Part shown: piece by piece, positions 26,771 to 40,620 of the stretch | How the letters are laid out: each line of letters starts with the position of its first letter | How positions within the stretch are numbered: position 1 is the stretch's first letter | DNA from: Macrostomum lignano | Taxonomy: Eukaryota | DNA length: 64,000 nucleotides | Reading direction: 5' to 3' | NCBI GenBank assembly: GCA_002269645.1 | Contig: NIVC01002814.1 | Coordinates: 62,001 to 126,000, forward strand | Translations under genes and position numbers: made by a program | Notes under the pieces: model-generated | Seen by the model: only the letters and a program-made list of their open reading frames with translations | The model's database searches: none | Told to the model about the DNA's origin: nothing

Positions 26771-26788
26771 CTATTATAGAGAGTGTAT

Positions 26789-27175
26789 CCATAGATAAAG
26801 TATACATAGATTCCACCCCTGCCCCCGCGGAGTGTCTAAATTGTGACCATCACTTTATTCACTGCGCTCCTATTGGCTGGGCCACGCTATGCACATTGAG
26901 TCCACGTGTGTACATTCCCCCAACTCCGGAACACTTGCGTGTCGACTTCATTCTTGCTAAACTGTTGAAACTGGTAAGACATCCTTTCGTTCCGCGCATT
27001 AAAGTTATAAAGCTTTCTTGTGTGGAAGGGGTGAGGGAATGAAATCGAAGGGGTTGAAAGGAAGGCTTTCGCGCCAGCCAATGAGAGCACGGTGAGTTTT
27101 ATGGTGGTCAAAGTTTGGACACGAGCGTGTGTACATTCTGGGCAGGGGTGGAATCTATGTATACTTTATCTATGG
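26789..27175. mobile_element. MITE with perfect 36-bp terminal inverted repeats (CATAGA-type ends)
   Basis: ccatagataaagtatacatagattccacccctgccc (26789-26824) is the exact reverse complement of 27140-27175. Non-coding interior; no clear TSD. Confidence 0.8.
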
Positions 27176-27221
27176 CTGGGCCCAATTTAACAGCCCCACC
27201 CCACTCCCCGGGGGTTCGGGC

Positions 27222-27247
27222 CATAGATAAAGTATACTTTATCTATG
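27222..27247. mobile_element. 26-bp palindromic mini-element flanked by an 8-bp direct repeat
   Basis: catagataaagtatactttatctatg consists of two fused copies of the terminal 13 bp of the MITE TIR. gttcgggc lies at both 27214-27221 and 27248-27255. Confidence 0.75.
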
Positions 27248-29229
27248 GTTCGGGCCGGGCCGCGGGCCGGGGGGTGAAGGGGCATGTACATTCTATTCAA
27301 ATTGTACGCACACTAAACTTGTCTTACACTATAATGACGACAGTTTCTTGTACATTGCAAGAGCCAATTTTAACTCGCAGCGGGGGGCAGGGGGTTGGGC
27401 AGCTGGGCTGGGCTGTCCTGGCGGCCCGTCTGACCGGCGTCCCCCGGGGTGAAGGCGTGAGCTGGCGAGGGCAGCTAAAATTAGCTATGAGTACGAGCGT
27501 ATGAAGACATTCATATAACAGGGCGTTAATCTTTAAATTGTAATGATAACAATTGTAATGATATCAGCATTGTAATGATAACATGCTGACTGACTACGGT
27601 ATAATTGTGGTTTATTTTTGGCTGCGCTTTTGTTATTGTATTATGGTACAGCCGCATGTTGCAGCACAATTAGTCACATTCGATACAGGCAGGGAAGTGA
27701 AAAAATAAGATTTTTTATCCAGAGTGGGTCTCGTGACTCTTAGATGCGGCATCGTCTGTTTTTTTAAACCTATTGACCCACTTAGTAGCTTTCCGAGAAG
27801 CAGAAGAAACGCATTTTTAAATTTAAATGACATGGCTCTATCACAGTACGATCATAATAAATAAGTAATATCCTAGCAATACTGTATTATATAATTTGGA
27901 AAAGTCTTTCGCGTACATGTATGGGATGAATTATAATGTATACATTGATCAGTAGTGAAGGGGTCTCACGGGTCGCCGTTTTATTGGCAAATTCACGTAA
28001 AGAAAACATTTTGCTGGATTTTTTTCCGGAACTGCAATAAAAGTTTTGTTCGGATTGTTCCTGTTCCACCAAACGTTCTCTCGTTTAAACACACACAGAA
28101 AATGATAAATACAAACTGTCAGTTGCAGTTTATAGTAAACTGCAGAAAATAACGAAACATAAATGCGAACTTGCTTACTTACCATAGTAGCCTATTGCGA
28201 AGCACGAAGCAGACGGTGTTTTCAGTTTGATGAGAAAACTCTAACATTCTCGAAATTTATCTATCAATTAATCAATGTCAAAAACCAAATAAGGTTGGTA
28301 ATGAGAGGGGGCAGGTGACCCCTTCTATGGAGTAAGCTGCAAGGCTCATTATATTGGAGATGGAGACAGGTGACCCGCTTCAACGAATCCTATGAAGCTA
28401 TAGGGGTCATTTTAGAAGTAAAAAACAAGGTTGGTAATTAGAGGGGGCAGGTGACCCCCTTCTATGCATTAAACTGCAAGGCTCATTATATTGGAGATGG
28501 ATACAGGTGACTCGCTTCAACGAATCCCATGAAGCTACAGGGGTCATTCTAGAAGCAAGAGGGCGGCAGGTGACCTTTCCAAATGTTTTGACATCACATT
28601 TACCATATTACTATATGTAGTTTCCATTCCAAGTTTTTTTCGTAAGCAGACTGGCGTCCCTGGCTAAAAAGAAACCAGTTCGCGCTATGAGTCATTCTCA
28701 ACGCGCGAAGATTTAAACATAGTCGCCCCACACGCACCCGCCAGAATAAAAGTGCATCTCATTTCCTAGAAACACGCCCCGTTGCCGTCCCCTCCTCCGC
28801 GCCAACCTCCTCTTTCTAGACTGTACTGCAGTCTGCCCGGTCTGTCAACTGCGCGCACTGTATCAGCCCGTCAGAAGTGGCCACGTCGTGTTATATAAAT
28901 TGTACAGAGAACACAGAGAGAGCTGTACAGACAGGGCCTCTGCCTCAGTACAGAAGGCTTGATTATATATAGACAAACATTTCTTCACTAGAGGGCCGCC
29001 AATCCAACCAATTCCTGATTCATTATTTGGCGTCGTTCAATCAGTCTACCCAATGGCTTACTAGAAGGTAAGAACAGATTAGCGATGGCTATCATTAACT
29101 TCATAATTCGAAAGAATCCAAAATATTCGTTTCGTTTGTTGAAATTTAGTTCCTTAACTTCCTTCCTGGAGGGGGAAACCGCTTTAAGAATCCCATGGAG
29201 GTACCAGTACCAGTTACGCGTTAGTATGG

Positions 29230-29980
<751 letters not shown>

Positions 29981-30489
29981 ACTGTCAAGAAGTTACCGTC
30001 CTTATTTCTAGTAGTCCTTGGTACCAACAAAGATCCCCAAGTATCCCTTCTCACATCCGCAGATCCAGCGGCTTTCCGGAATCGCAGCGGGTGGAAAAGC
30101 GCTGGGAGTTGCGCGAGAGGGGAATGGACGAGATAACAACAGAGATGGAACAAGAATTCAATGCTGGTGCATTGAGTTCGAATTGAGAACGTCAATTTAA
30201 CCGCTCACTAACGACGGTCGGAGCACTCGTCGATGTCATCTGCTTCATCAATCGCGTCATCGCGTCTTTACTCCCTCTTTTAATATATTCATCATTTAAT
30301 TTTCTTTCCGTTTTTGGTCCGTCTCTAATTTCATTAATTCTCATTTTGTATTTTTATATTTTATTAATCATTCCATCTCCATCTCCATAGAAAGTATTGT
30401 CTCTAAATAACCCAGGGTCCCTGTCTCTCTGTGGAAACCCTAATCTATGGTCTCACATCTACTTGCATGGCCTCTCATCCAGGTGTAGC

Positions 30490-31510
30490 CCTGCAGTTTA
30501 CCTGGATACCTAGGGGGGGGGGTAATCCTGTAGTTCACCTGGATACCTAGGGGTAGGGATAATCCTGTAGTTCACCTGGATACCCAGGGGTGGGGGTAAT
30601 CCTGCAGTTCACCTGGATACCTAGGAGGGGGGGGTAATCCTGTAGTTCACCTGGATACCTAGGGGGTAATCCTGTAGTTCACCTGGATACATAGGGGGGT
30701 AATTCTGCAGTTCACCTGGATACCTAGGGGGGGGGGTAATCCTGCAGTTCACCTGGATACCCCTAGGGGGATATTAGTTCACCTGGATACCTGGGGGGGG
30801 TAATCCTGTAGTTCACCTGGATACCTAGTGGGGGGAGGTAATCCTGTAGTTCACCTGGATACCTGGGGGGGGGTAATCCTGTAGTTCACCTGGATACCTA
30901 GGGGGGGGGGGTAATCCTGTAGTGTAGTTCACCTGGATACCTAGGGGGTAATCCTGTAGTTCACCTGGATACCTAGGGGGTAATCCTGTAGTTCACCTGG
31001 ATACATAGGGGGTAATCCTGCAGTTCACCTGGATACCTAGGGGGGGGGGGTAATCCTGCAGTTCACCTGGATACCCCTAGGGGGATATTAGTTCACCTGG
31101 ATACCTAGGGGGATAACCCTGTAGTTCACCTGGATACCTAGTGGGGGGGTAATCCTGTAGTTCACCTGGATACCTAGGGGGTAATCCTGCAGTTCACCTG
31201 GATACCTAGGGGTAGGGATAATCCTGTAGTTCACCTGGATACCTAGGGGTGGGGGTAATCCTGTAGTTCACCTGGATACCTAGGGGGTAATCCTGCAGTT
31301 CACCTGGATACCTAGTGGGTAATTCTGCAGTTCACCTGGATACCTAGTGGGTAATTCTGCAGTTCACCTGGATACCTAGGGGGTAATCCTGCAGTTCACC
31401 TGGATACCTAGTGGGTAATTCTGCAGTTCACCTGGATACCTAGGGGGGATCCTGTAGTTCACCTGTACTTTGGATGGTGGTAACCCTGTAGTTCACCTGA
31501 ATTCCTTAGT
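30490..31510. repeat. ~30-38-bp minisatellite with variable G-run
   Basis: Unit tagttcacctggatacctag(g)n taatcctg. Confidence 0.95.
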
Positions 31511-32275
31511 GGTATAATTTTAATAGTCTCGACCCAACATATTTGGGACTCTAATTTATCTGGACTCTCATTCATCCCACCTTACCAGCCTTTATTTCTG
31601 TTACTTCCCCTCAAAATTCTTACCTCACATCGGTTTTTGGTTTTGTGAACCAAATTCCGGCGGAAGAGTTCCTCTTATTCGAGGAACGACTTTTAAGCCC
31701 ACGGCGATGATGCCATGGCAACAGCTGTCAAACTTGCGACCCAACATAATTAGTCTTCCTACTTAGAACTAATTATTGATTGGAGTTGATCGGAGACAGC
31801 AGCCTCTATGACTACGCCTACTGCGCGTGACGAATTAAACAATTCGGTCTCAGGTAGGACGTAAATGGGCTACACTTACTGACCGTATAATTTTTGCGGT
31901 TCAGCAAAACCGACGCCATTGGTGATAGAAGCTTCAAACTGAAGAGACATCTTCTACGCCGATGAGAGAATTTGTAAATCGATCGTGCTGTCGAGAGTCT
32001 TCTGGATTGAGAAGATTGATCGACTCGACCAGGATTGAGACTCGACAAGGCAGCATGGTCGTAAACTTCATCCTTCGACTAACTAACTAAAGATATGGGG
32101 AATCAACAAGACAAGCGCGGGCCTACACACTACGATCAAAATTGACCTAGACATGAATAAATGGGTTCAACATCGGGATATTCGCCAACGAAAGCTTGTT
32201 TTAACCATCTAGTTTGCGAGATAAGCATTTTCGTTTCCGGTAGCTGCGATTGAAATCATATTATTTCGAAGACAA

Positions 32276-32749
32276 ATGACATTAAGAGAAACCTGTCTGC
32301 CAACCCAACCTCTCTGGGACACGATGCCACCCGATGTTGGAGAATATCTGCTTCTCGCAATGTCAATATCCAGTCGGAAGTTTATTAGCGAGCGATTGCT
32401 TCGTCAGCACAGAGACCACGTCACAGTGTATCGTCCAGCAGATAAGCAGTCTGACAACAATTTCTGCTCGACGATTTTCAACTTCAACGAAGTTGAAAAT
32501 GATTTTCCAGCGCTGAGAATCAAGACGACCAGCTCGAGAAGTGTGCAACAGACGTCCGCTGTTGCTGCTAGGCTACCGGAGGGCAGCTTCCTGCACGAGT
32601 GCTACCTGGTGAAGCTGCATGACGGCTGGGAGACCAACGCCCCGCTCCGAAGACTCCTAGCGGCGGCTTCAACTGGTTGCCGAATGCTGTCGGCTTGCAG
32701 AAGTGCTGACTCTGAGCTGCTGGATGTGCACTGCGATTCCGGGTCTTGA
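32276..32749 (+). CDS. Uncharacterised protein, paralog A of the LHDGWE family
   Basis: 157-aa ORF that aligns at protein level with 36943-37395 (PDVGEYLLLAMSISSRKFISERLLRQHRD vs PVGQNIIVLQSIKDRHFISDKQIRKFRD; CYLVKLHDGWETNAPLRRLL vs CMLVELHDGWESNCDLKELL). Confidence 0.6.
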   Translation: MTLRETCLPTQPLWDTMPPDVGEYLLLAMSISSRKFISERLLRQHRDHVTVYRPADKQSDNNFCSTIFNFNEVENDFPALRIKTTSSRSVQQTSAVAARLPEGSFLHECYLVKLHDGWETNAPLRRLLAAASTGCRMLSACRSADSELLDVHCDSGS

Positions 32750-35700
32750 TTGATCATCTACAGCGAATAAAGCTAGCGCAGTTTTGTTTTAGTGCTTGCG
32801 TTCCGTACTCGCATTGCTGATATAGTATTACTGTTGTTGTTCAGCAGCTAACTCATGCAGAAAACTGAGTTAATTGAAACTCAAAATTTGTTTATTTAAG
32901 CTTTAAAACCGGATGTTTTGTAAGTACTTTACAAAAATCTTTTAATAAAATATTTTAGTACTTTTATTAAAAAAATTATCAGTGTACGAGATACTCATCC
33001 TATGCATATACTATTATATATCTACTGCAATATAACTGTCGATCAATTAATTAAATGTTTCATAATTTATTTAGAAGAAATTGCTTCAATTTTTATGGCA
33101 AAAATTCAGATTATTTATGTTTTTTAACTATTTAATTTTCATTCAAATACAGTAGCTTTTTCATAAAATTTTGCGCGAAAGCTATTGTTTTAACCAAATA
33201 CATATATAATAATAATAATTATATATATAAAACTATTATATATTTATATATATGTATATACGCTCGTAATTAGAATTGCAACTTCGTTTCTATTCTTCTT
33301 CTAATTGTAGCCATTTATGCTTCATTTATGTAATATGCGAGCAGTAAAGTTATTATCTCGAAAACTGGAATAATTGTTAATTTTAATATACGGTACTATA
33401 CCCATATTCGAGCTAGCTACTGCAATTATTTCTCTTTTTCTCTTGTTTTCTCTTATTTTTTTCTCTTATTTTCTCTTATCTTCTCTCTCTAATTATTTCT
33501 CTTATTTTCAGAATTTCGTCATCATCGCTCACTTTAACTATAACGAGTCCAAATTTTTGTTGATAATACATTAAATAATATCTCTACCTATAAAAATGAA
33601 ATTTAAATTTAAATATAAAAATGTTTCATCTAGTCATACATGTACGTAAAGTACATAATTAATAAATAATGAGTGTTCGATAAATTTTATAAGCAATTTT
33701 TTATTTATAAGTGACATCGACTATACCATTTGAAATGTATATGTATAACCCTACCTTGTGACCCATTGTGGGAATCAATAATTTATGTATCAGAGTGTCT
33801 GCGACGCCAAAATGAGGTGCTAGCAACATCGATTTCCAAAATAATGTACAATAGGAATTTAGTCTGTATAGAATTATTGGCTTTGTTTCCCCCAACATAA
33901 AATCCATGGCGACCCCTGCGCCCTATCCTAAACCCTAACCCAGTAACCATAGCCCAAATCAGCATTGTGCGTGTTGTTTTCTTTTGTTGCATGCATGGCC
34001 CAAGGACAGTGCTATAGAAATCCCTGGACAGGAATCCTACTTAGTATACTCGTACGAGCATGTAGCTGTAGCTACTATTGGTACGTAGTCCTTGTTCTAG
34101 TCGTTCTATGTCGTGTTGCCATTCCCCGTTTCAGACTACTTCGTAATTAAGGAACGGGTTTTCAGTTGGTAGCTAAATAAAGCAATACTAACAGCAAATT
34201 CTAGGAAATGCTGAAGTAAAACGTTTCGTCATACGCATGAAGTAACGGTTGCAAAAGAGAGAAATTTAAATTCCAAGAAATTTATTGCGAATACAACTCA
34301 CGCCTATTGTGTGTGTGTGATGTACTTGAGCTACGAGTACGTTTGTATGCGATAAAAACGCGCGTAATCTTTTTTAGTACCTCATCACTCACCCTCTACC
34401 ACCCCGTCTATCGCTCAATATATAGAGCCAGAATTTCCTGGGCAGACATTAAGCAGAGAGAACAGACCAGTTAATATCTACAGAAGCCGCAATTGTTTTG
34501 CGTATGGCTTGGCTGTGGTGAGTAGACTGTTTTTTATCCTTTCAAAACGATCCAACAACTATGTAAGCTAGTGAACGTAATGACGGATCAAAGATTAAGT
34601 ATCCAACAGATTATTGTGAACCCTTTAGGAGGAGGGGGCTAGGGGCTAGGAGGGGGGGGCAGATGACCTCTCGCAGATTTCCATGAAGTTATAATATTAG
34701 TGTTAGTGAGGGAAGGAGAGCAAATGACCTCGTCGTAGAATCTAATGACGCTCAGACTTTGGTGCCAGCAGTGGGTAAATTGACAGTGGTTGACAATCGC
34801 TAATCTTATAATTATAATCTTTTCGTACCAAATGTATCCCCCCACAGAGTCAGCAGCGGTATTCGGGGGGCCAACGGGGTGGCGAGCGGGGTTAAATTTG
34901 CGACGGCTTCCAAGGATGAAAGAGATCCAACATCTGAGAGTGAGTGAATGGCTGACCGGAAATCTCGACGGAGTTCAACCATCTGCAGCAACTCCCGAGA
35001 GACTCTGAGACGGCTTTTATTATTTCGGATTGGAGGAGTGCTCAACGATCTCATCTACTCACCTATCACCTCACCTTTTCTTTCTTCGAATTCTTCGAAT
35101 TCCAATAGCCACTATTAATTTTTTTCGTTTATTTGCTCTTAGAATATTATTTGCGTTTAAGTCTTCAGTATTACCCCTTACAGTTTGTTTATTTTATATA
35201 TTTCCTTCAACTCCTTTCCCTCATACAATTCTGACTCTTATTTGGTAGAGCGTGCGCGAACATGTGTGAGACTCAAGTGGAGTTGAACGTCGTTCCCGGA
35301 CTCGTCGGAAGCAGAGGCGACTTGTTGCCGCAGTAGGTAATACTTGCCTCAGCCGACACTTCGATTACGCGAGTGGCATCTGAACTTTCGGAATCAGCCC
35401 CGCCTAGTCATAGCGTCGTGGACGATTGTCCAATATTAGTAGTCAATGCTATCGCTATTAAGCGTAGTTTCTACTTTTTTTCGGCACGCCTGGTGATACC
35501 AAATAGAAGGACTGGAATGTGCCTACGCAGAAGTCGTGCTTTCGTTTACGAACGTCGACAAACTGTTATTAGTTTTGTTCTGTCGCCATGTAGCTTGACA
35601 AGCAATGAAACGCTTTCTACCTAATATTTCAATCGACTGATGTATCAGTTTTCGGAAAGGTGGTCAGTTCAGAACTCTCTGGTTAAGCTACCTTGCTGTT

Positions 35701-36490
35701 TAAGCTGAACGAACTCTGTTATACTAGCTCTGGCTGAGCTGGAGATCGTGTACTTCTAATACAATTTTGGATACAGTTCAAATTGAGCAGTCATAAGCTC
35801 AATGAGATTTCTTCGAATAGCTGAATACTCTGAGGAGAGCAACACTGCCGCACCGCTTCGGCTTGTAAGATCGGACCTGACCGTTCTTAAGTTTCGGTAA
35901 AAGTTTTGTCGGCAATCAGCAGTAAACTGGGAATCACCAGCACTAAAAATCGGGCGATCTCGCATACAGCAAGCATTCTGCACGGCGTCTGTCAGCGATT
36001 GTCGCTGAAGTGGTTGTTCCGTACAGCAATCCGACGTCCGGGATGTCGACCGACGTTGGTTCAATCCCGACGTCGGATTTCTGTACGTGTGTCATGCTGA
36101 ATCCTATCAATCAAACAATTCTATCAAACAGTTTGATTGATTGGATTTGGCAAAACGTCATCATCATCCGAGCAAGGACTACTGTAGTCCTACTATCCCG
36201 TACAGCAGTCCGACGTCAGGGATGTCGGTTGAGGTTTCCGACATCTATCGATGTCGATGACAGATGAGTACTTTTACATTGCACCGACATTCAGCCGACG
36301 TATGACGTCGTTATCTGTCGATGTAATTTAAAAGCACGTATTTGTCATCGACATCGATGGATGTCGGGAACGTCTGCCGATGCACTTGACGGCGGACTGC
36401 TGTACGGGTGTCATGCCGGATCCTATCAATCGAACTCAGTTGAACTCAATTCGATTAGTAGGATTTGGTGAAGTGTCATCATCATCCGAG

Positions 36491-36745
36491 CAAGGATCAT
36501 TGTAGTGCTACAATACCGTACAGCAATCTGATGTCACGGAAGTCGGCTGACGTTTCCGACATCTATCGAAGTTTATGACAGATATATACTTTTACATTAC
36601 ATAACGGTGTCATACGTCGGCTGAAAGTCGGTGTAATGTAAAAGTACTTATCTGTCATCGACATCGATAGATGTCGAAAACGTCAACCGACATCCCTGAC
36701 GATGTCGGATTGCTGTATGGGATAGTAGTGCTATAGTGGTCCTTG
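36491..36745. mobile_element. Fold-back MITE with CAAGG...CCTTG ends and an 8-bp TSD (hAT- or P-type)
   Basis: Long imperfect TIRs. Flanks are catccgag (36483-36490) and cagccgag (36746-36753). The paralogous site at 41486-41493 has a single catccgag with no insert. Partial copies lie at 36173-36409 and 36019-36088. Confidence 0.8.
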
Positions 36746-36942
36746 CAGCCGAGCACAAGAAAGATAAATGCGTCGTGAATAAAAACTACAACAAATGTTT
36801 AGAACAAGATCGAGCTTTCAAAGTAAGACGGCCAACATCAAATGCTGATTGTCTAAATGCTTGCTGGTTTGCGAGATGGCCCGATTGGTGTTCCCAGATG
36901 CTGCTTCGTGTTCTACAACTGGTTTAAGTCTTCTGATTAACT

Positions 36943-37395
36943 ATGCCGACGGTTACAAGCCGACCAAACAAACCTGTTGGACAAAACATCATTGTCCTGC
37001 AGTCAATTAAAGATCGACATTTTATAAGCGATAAACAAATTCGAAAGTTTAGAGACGTCTGCACCTTCCAACACCTGTCAGCAGTGCAGACTGGCGATCC
37101 AGGATTCGCCGAGTTCAGTCTCGCTGAGCTGCGATTGAGAGTGAGAATCCCAACGAATGTTTCTGTTTCTGAGCAACCTGGCCGGTTCCAACTTTACACC
37201 TGTATGCTGGTAGAGCTTCACGACGGCTGGGAAAGCAACTGTGACCTCAAGGAGCTTCTTCAGAGAGCATCTGGCCGCTTCCGTATTGAAGACAGCAGCA
37301 GAGGAGTGACGCGTGATGGAGCAGTGCAGGTGACTCTGGCTGTCAGTGAAACTGCTGTAGCATTTGATTTGTCCCACCTGGGCGTTGAGTTTTAA
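36943..37395 (+). CDS. Uncharacterised protein, paralog B of the LHDGWE family
   Basis: 150-aa ORF, nearly identical to 41683-42093 over most of its length and distantly similar to 32276-32749. Confidence 0.6.
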   Translation: MPTVTSRPNKPVGQNIIVLQSIKDRHFISDKQIRKFRDVCTFQHLSAVQTGDPGFAEFSLAELRLRVRIPTNVSVSEQPGRFQLYTCMLVELHDGWESNCDLKELLQRASGRFRIEDSSRGVTRDGAVQVTLAVSETAVAFDLSHLGVEF

Positions 37396-38935
37396 ACTTG
37401 TCTTTTGTCTGTCAATCGCTAATCTTACTTATTTCAGTGCAGGAGGCAAAAAGTAAACAGTTTTTGTATATTTATCCGATAAAATAAATCTAAAATGCAT
37501 GCCCTATATATATATATAAACTCCATATATTCTCTTATTGTTCTTTCAAAAAATTGGTAATTCCTACTACGTTTTTCTGTAATTATTATATGTCTATATG
37601 TGTACCAGTTTCTCTTATTTCATACTGTATTCCAAAGACCCCAGAAAAAGTTTGATATATATTTTTAAATTCTTTAGCTGTTATTTTCCGTTTTTAACTA
37701 GGCAAAAAATAAATTGAAATAATTTGTTATAACAAAATTCAATTATTTTTGTTTATCCATTGTGAACTTTAGTTTCAAATAGTCGATAGTTATATTTGCT
37801 AGCGAATTGCAGCTATTGTAGCAAAATGTTGGCTGATTAGTAAAGCGTACTTTTCATAGCAAGAGAAGGAAGGAAAGAGAAAAGGTTCCATGTTCGGGCG
37901 GCAAATCCGCGATATTTCCAAGGCAATTCCGTGTAGTTTCCGGGCAGAGAGAATTCGTAGGAGACGAGAATTTGCTAAATTAAAATAGAGGCGCGCACTC
38001 CGCGTTTCGTCGACTGCCTGCAGGCTGATTGCGGCGCATTGCCTGCAGTTTCATCAGTTTTTTATCAATATCAAGAACCCAACAATGTCAGTGATGAGAG
38101 GGGGCAGTTGATCCCAAATTCTACGAATATTATGAAGCCGCGGGGTCTGTATATTGAAACCCTTCTACTATGAATCCCAGGAAGCTGCAGGGTCTTTGTA
38201 GAAGTAACGGAGGGGAGGGGGCAGTTGACCACCCTTAATATTTTGACATCACATTTACCGGTATTTCGTTATTTCAATAGTTTTCAGGGGTAGTTTGGAA
38301 TAGTTACATGTACAAGTTTCCATTCCAAGTGGTTGCTTAAACAGACTATTATAACAAGTTTGCGTTATTTGTAATTGTAAGCGACGTTACTATATACGCG
38401 AAGATTTAAACAATAGTCGCCCCATACGCACCCGCCAGCCTAAAAGTGCGTCTCATTTCCAAGAAACACGCTTCCCTCCGCGCTACACTCGTCATTCTTG
38501 ACTGTACTACTGCGCAGCTTGAGGTCTTTTACTGCGCGCACTGTATTCAGACCGTCAGAGGTGGCTATGTAGAGTTATATAAATTGTACAGAGAATACAG
38601 AGAGAGTACAGTGCCTCAGAACAGCTAGCTGGCTTTGGGCAGGAAAGTTGGATTATATATAGTCCAAACTTCCTCCACAAACGGGGCGCCAATCCAACCA
38701 AATCCCTTTTTCGGGCGTCGTTCAGTCAGCAGGCTTAATGGCTTGCTAAAAGGTAAGAATAGTTCAACAATATTAATTAACTTTATTATAAGCATTCAAT
38801 TATTTTGTTTAAATTTAGTTCCTTGATGAGAGAGAATAAAAAAAAGAATCCCATGGAGTTATAGGTGGTAGGGGAAGGTGACCCTTCATATAGATTCTCA
38901 TCAAGCTACAGGTGGGGCAGGTGACTCACTCACCG

Positions 38936-39105
<170 letters not shown>

Positions 39106-39600
39106 TATTGACAGTAGTTGACAGCATATGCTATGTGAATCGCCAATCTGATATTAACCTTTTGCATCGAAATTATCCTCCCCACAGAGTCAGCAGCGGT
39201 ATTCGGGGGCCAACGGGGTTGCGAGAGGTGTTTGAAGTTGCGACGGCCTCCAAGGATGAAAGAGGTCCACATCCAGCTGAGAGCGAATGCCTGACTGGAA
39301 TGCGGAGTCAAGCAAGAAAAGAACAGAGCCGTGCGAATCTCGATGGAGTTCAACCATCTGCAGCCACTCCCGAGAGACTCTGAGACGGCTTTTATAACGG
39401 ATTGGAGGAAGTGCTCATCGTTCTCATCTACTCATCTATCGCTTCACCTTTTCTTTCTCCAAATTCTAACAGCTATAATTAATTTTCGTTTCGTTTATTT
39501 AGTTCTAGAATATTACGAGATTTCGTAGTTGAGTTCAAGTCTTCAGTATTTTCCCTTCGTGTCCGTGCATTCCTAAGGGTCTTTGTTAGCCCAGATCCAC

Positions 39601-40620
39601 TCAGAGCGGGAGGCTCCTGGTGGTGACCCGAGCTTTCTCTCAGAGCGGGAGGCTTCTGGTGGTGACCCGAGATTTCTCTCAGAGCGGGAGGCTCCTGGTG
39701 GTGACCCGAGATTTCTCTCAGAGCGGGAGGCTTCTGGTGGTGACCCGAGATTTCTCTCAGAGCGGGAGGCTTCTGGTGGTGACCCGAGATTTCTCTCAGA
39801 GCGGGAGGCTCCTGGTGGTGACCCGAGATTTCTCTCAGAGCGGGAGGCTCCTGGTGGTGACCCGAGCTTTCTCTCAGAGCGGGAGGCTTCTGGTGGTGAC
39901 CCGAGATTTCTCTCAGAGCGGGAGGCTCCTGGTGGTGACCCGAGATTTCTCTCAGAGCGGGAGGCTTCTGGTGGTGACCCGAGATTTCTCTCAGAGCGGG
40001 AGGCTCCTGGTAGTGACCCGAGATTTCTCTCAGAGCGGGAGGCTTCTGGTGGTGACCCGAGATTTCTCTCAGAGTGGGAGGCTCCTGGTGGTGACCCGAG
40101 ATTTCTCTCAGAGCGGGAGGCTTCTGGTGGTGACCCGAGATTTCTCTCAGAGCGGGAGGCTTCTGGTGGTGACCCGAGATTTCTCTCAGAGCGGGAGGCT
40201 TCTGGTGGTGACCCGAGATTTCTCTCAGAGCGGGAGGCTCCTGGTGGTGACCCGAGATTTCTCTCAGAGCGGGAGGCTTCTGGTGGTGACCCGAGATTTC
40301 TCTCAGAGCGGGAGGCTCCTGGTGGTGACCCGAGATTTCTCTCAGAGCGGGAGGCTCCTGGTGGTGACCCGAGATTTCTCTCAGAGCGGGAGGCTCCTGG
40401 TGGTGACCCGAGATTTCTCTCAGAGCGGGAGGCTTCTGGTGGTGACCCGAGATTTCTCTCAGAGCGGGAGGCTCCTGGTGGTGACCCGAGATTTCTCTCA
40501 GAGCGGGAGGCTCCTGGTGGTGACCCGAGATTTCTCTCAGAGCGGGAGGCTCCTGGTGGTGACCCGAGATTTCTCTCAGAGCGTGAGGCTCCTAGTGACG
40601 ACCCACAGCTCTTCTCAGAG
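39601..40620. repeat. 39-bp minisatellite (~26 units)
   Basis: Unit tcagagcgggaggct(c/t)ctggtggtgacccgagatttctc. Confidence 0.97.

Noticed and set aside
24018-26779. Cys/Leu/Ser-rich ORFs resembling membrane proteins
   Set aside because: These are low-complexity CT-rich repeats.
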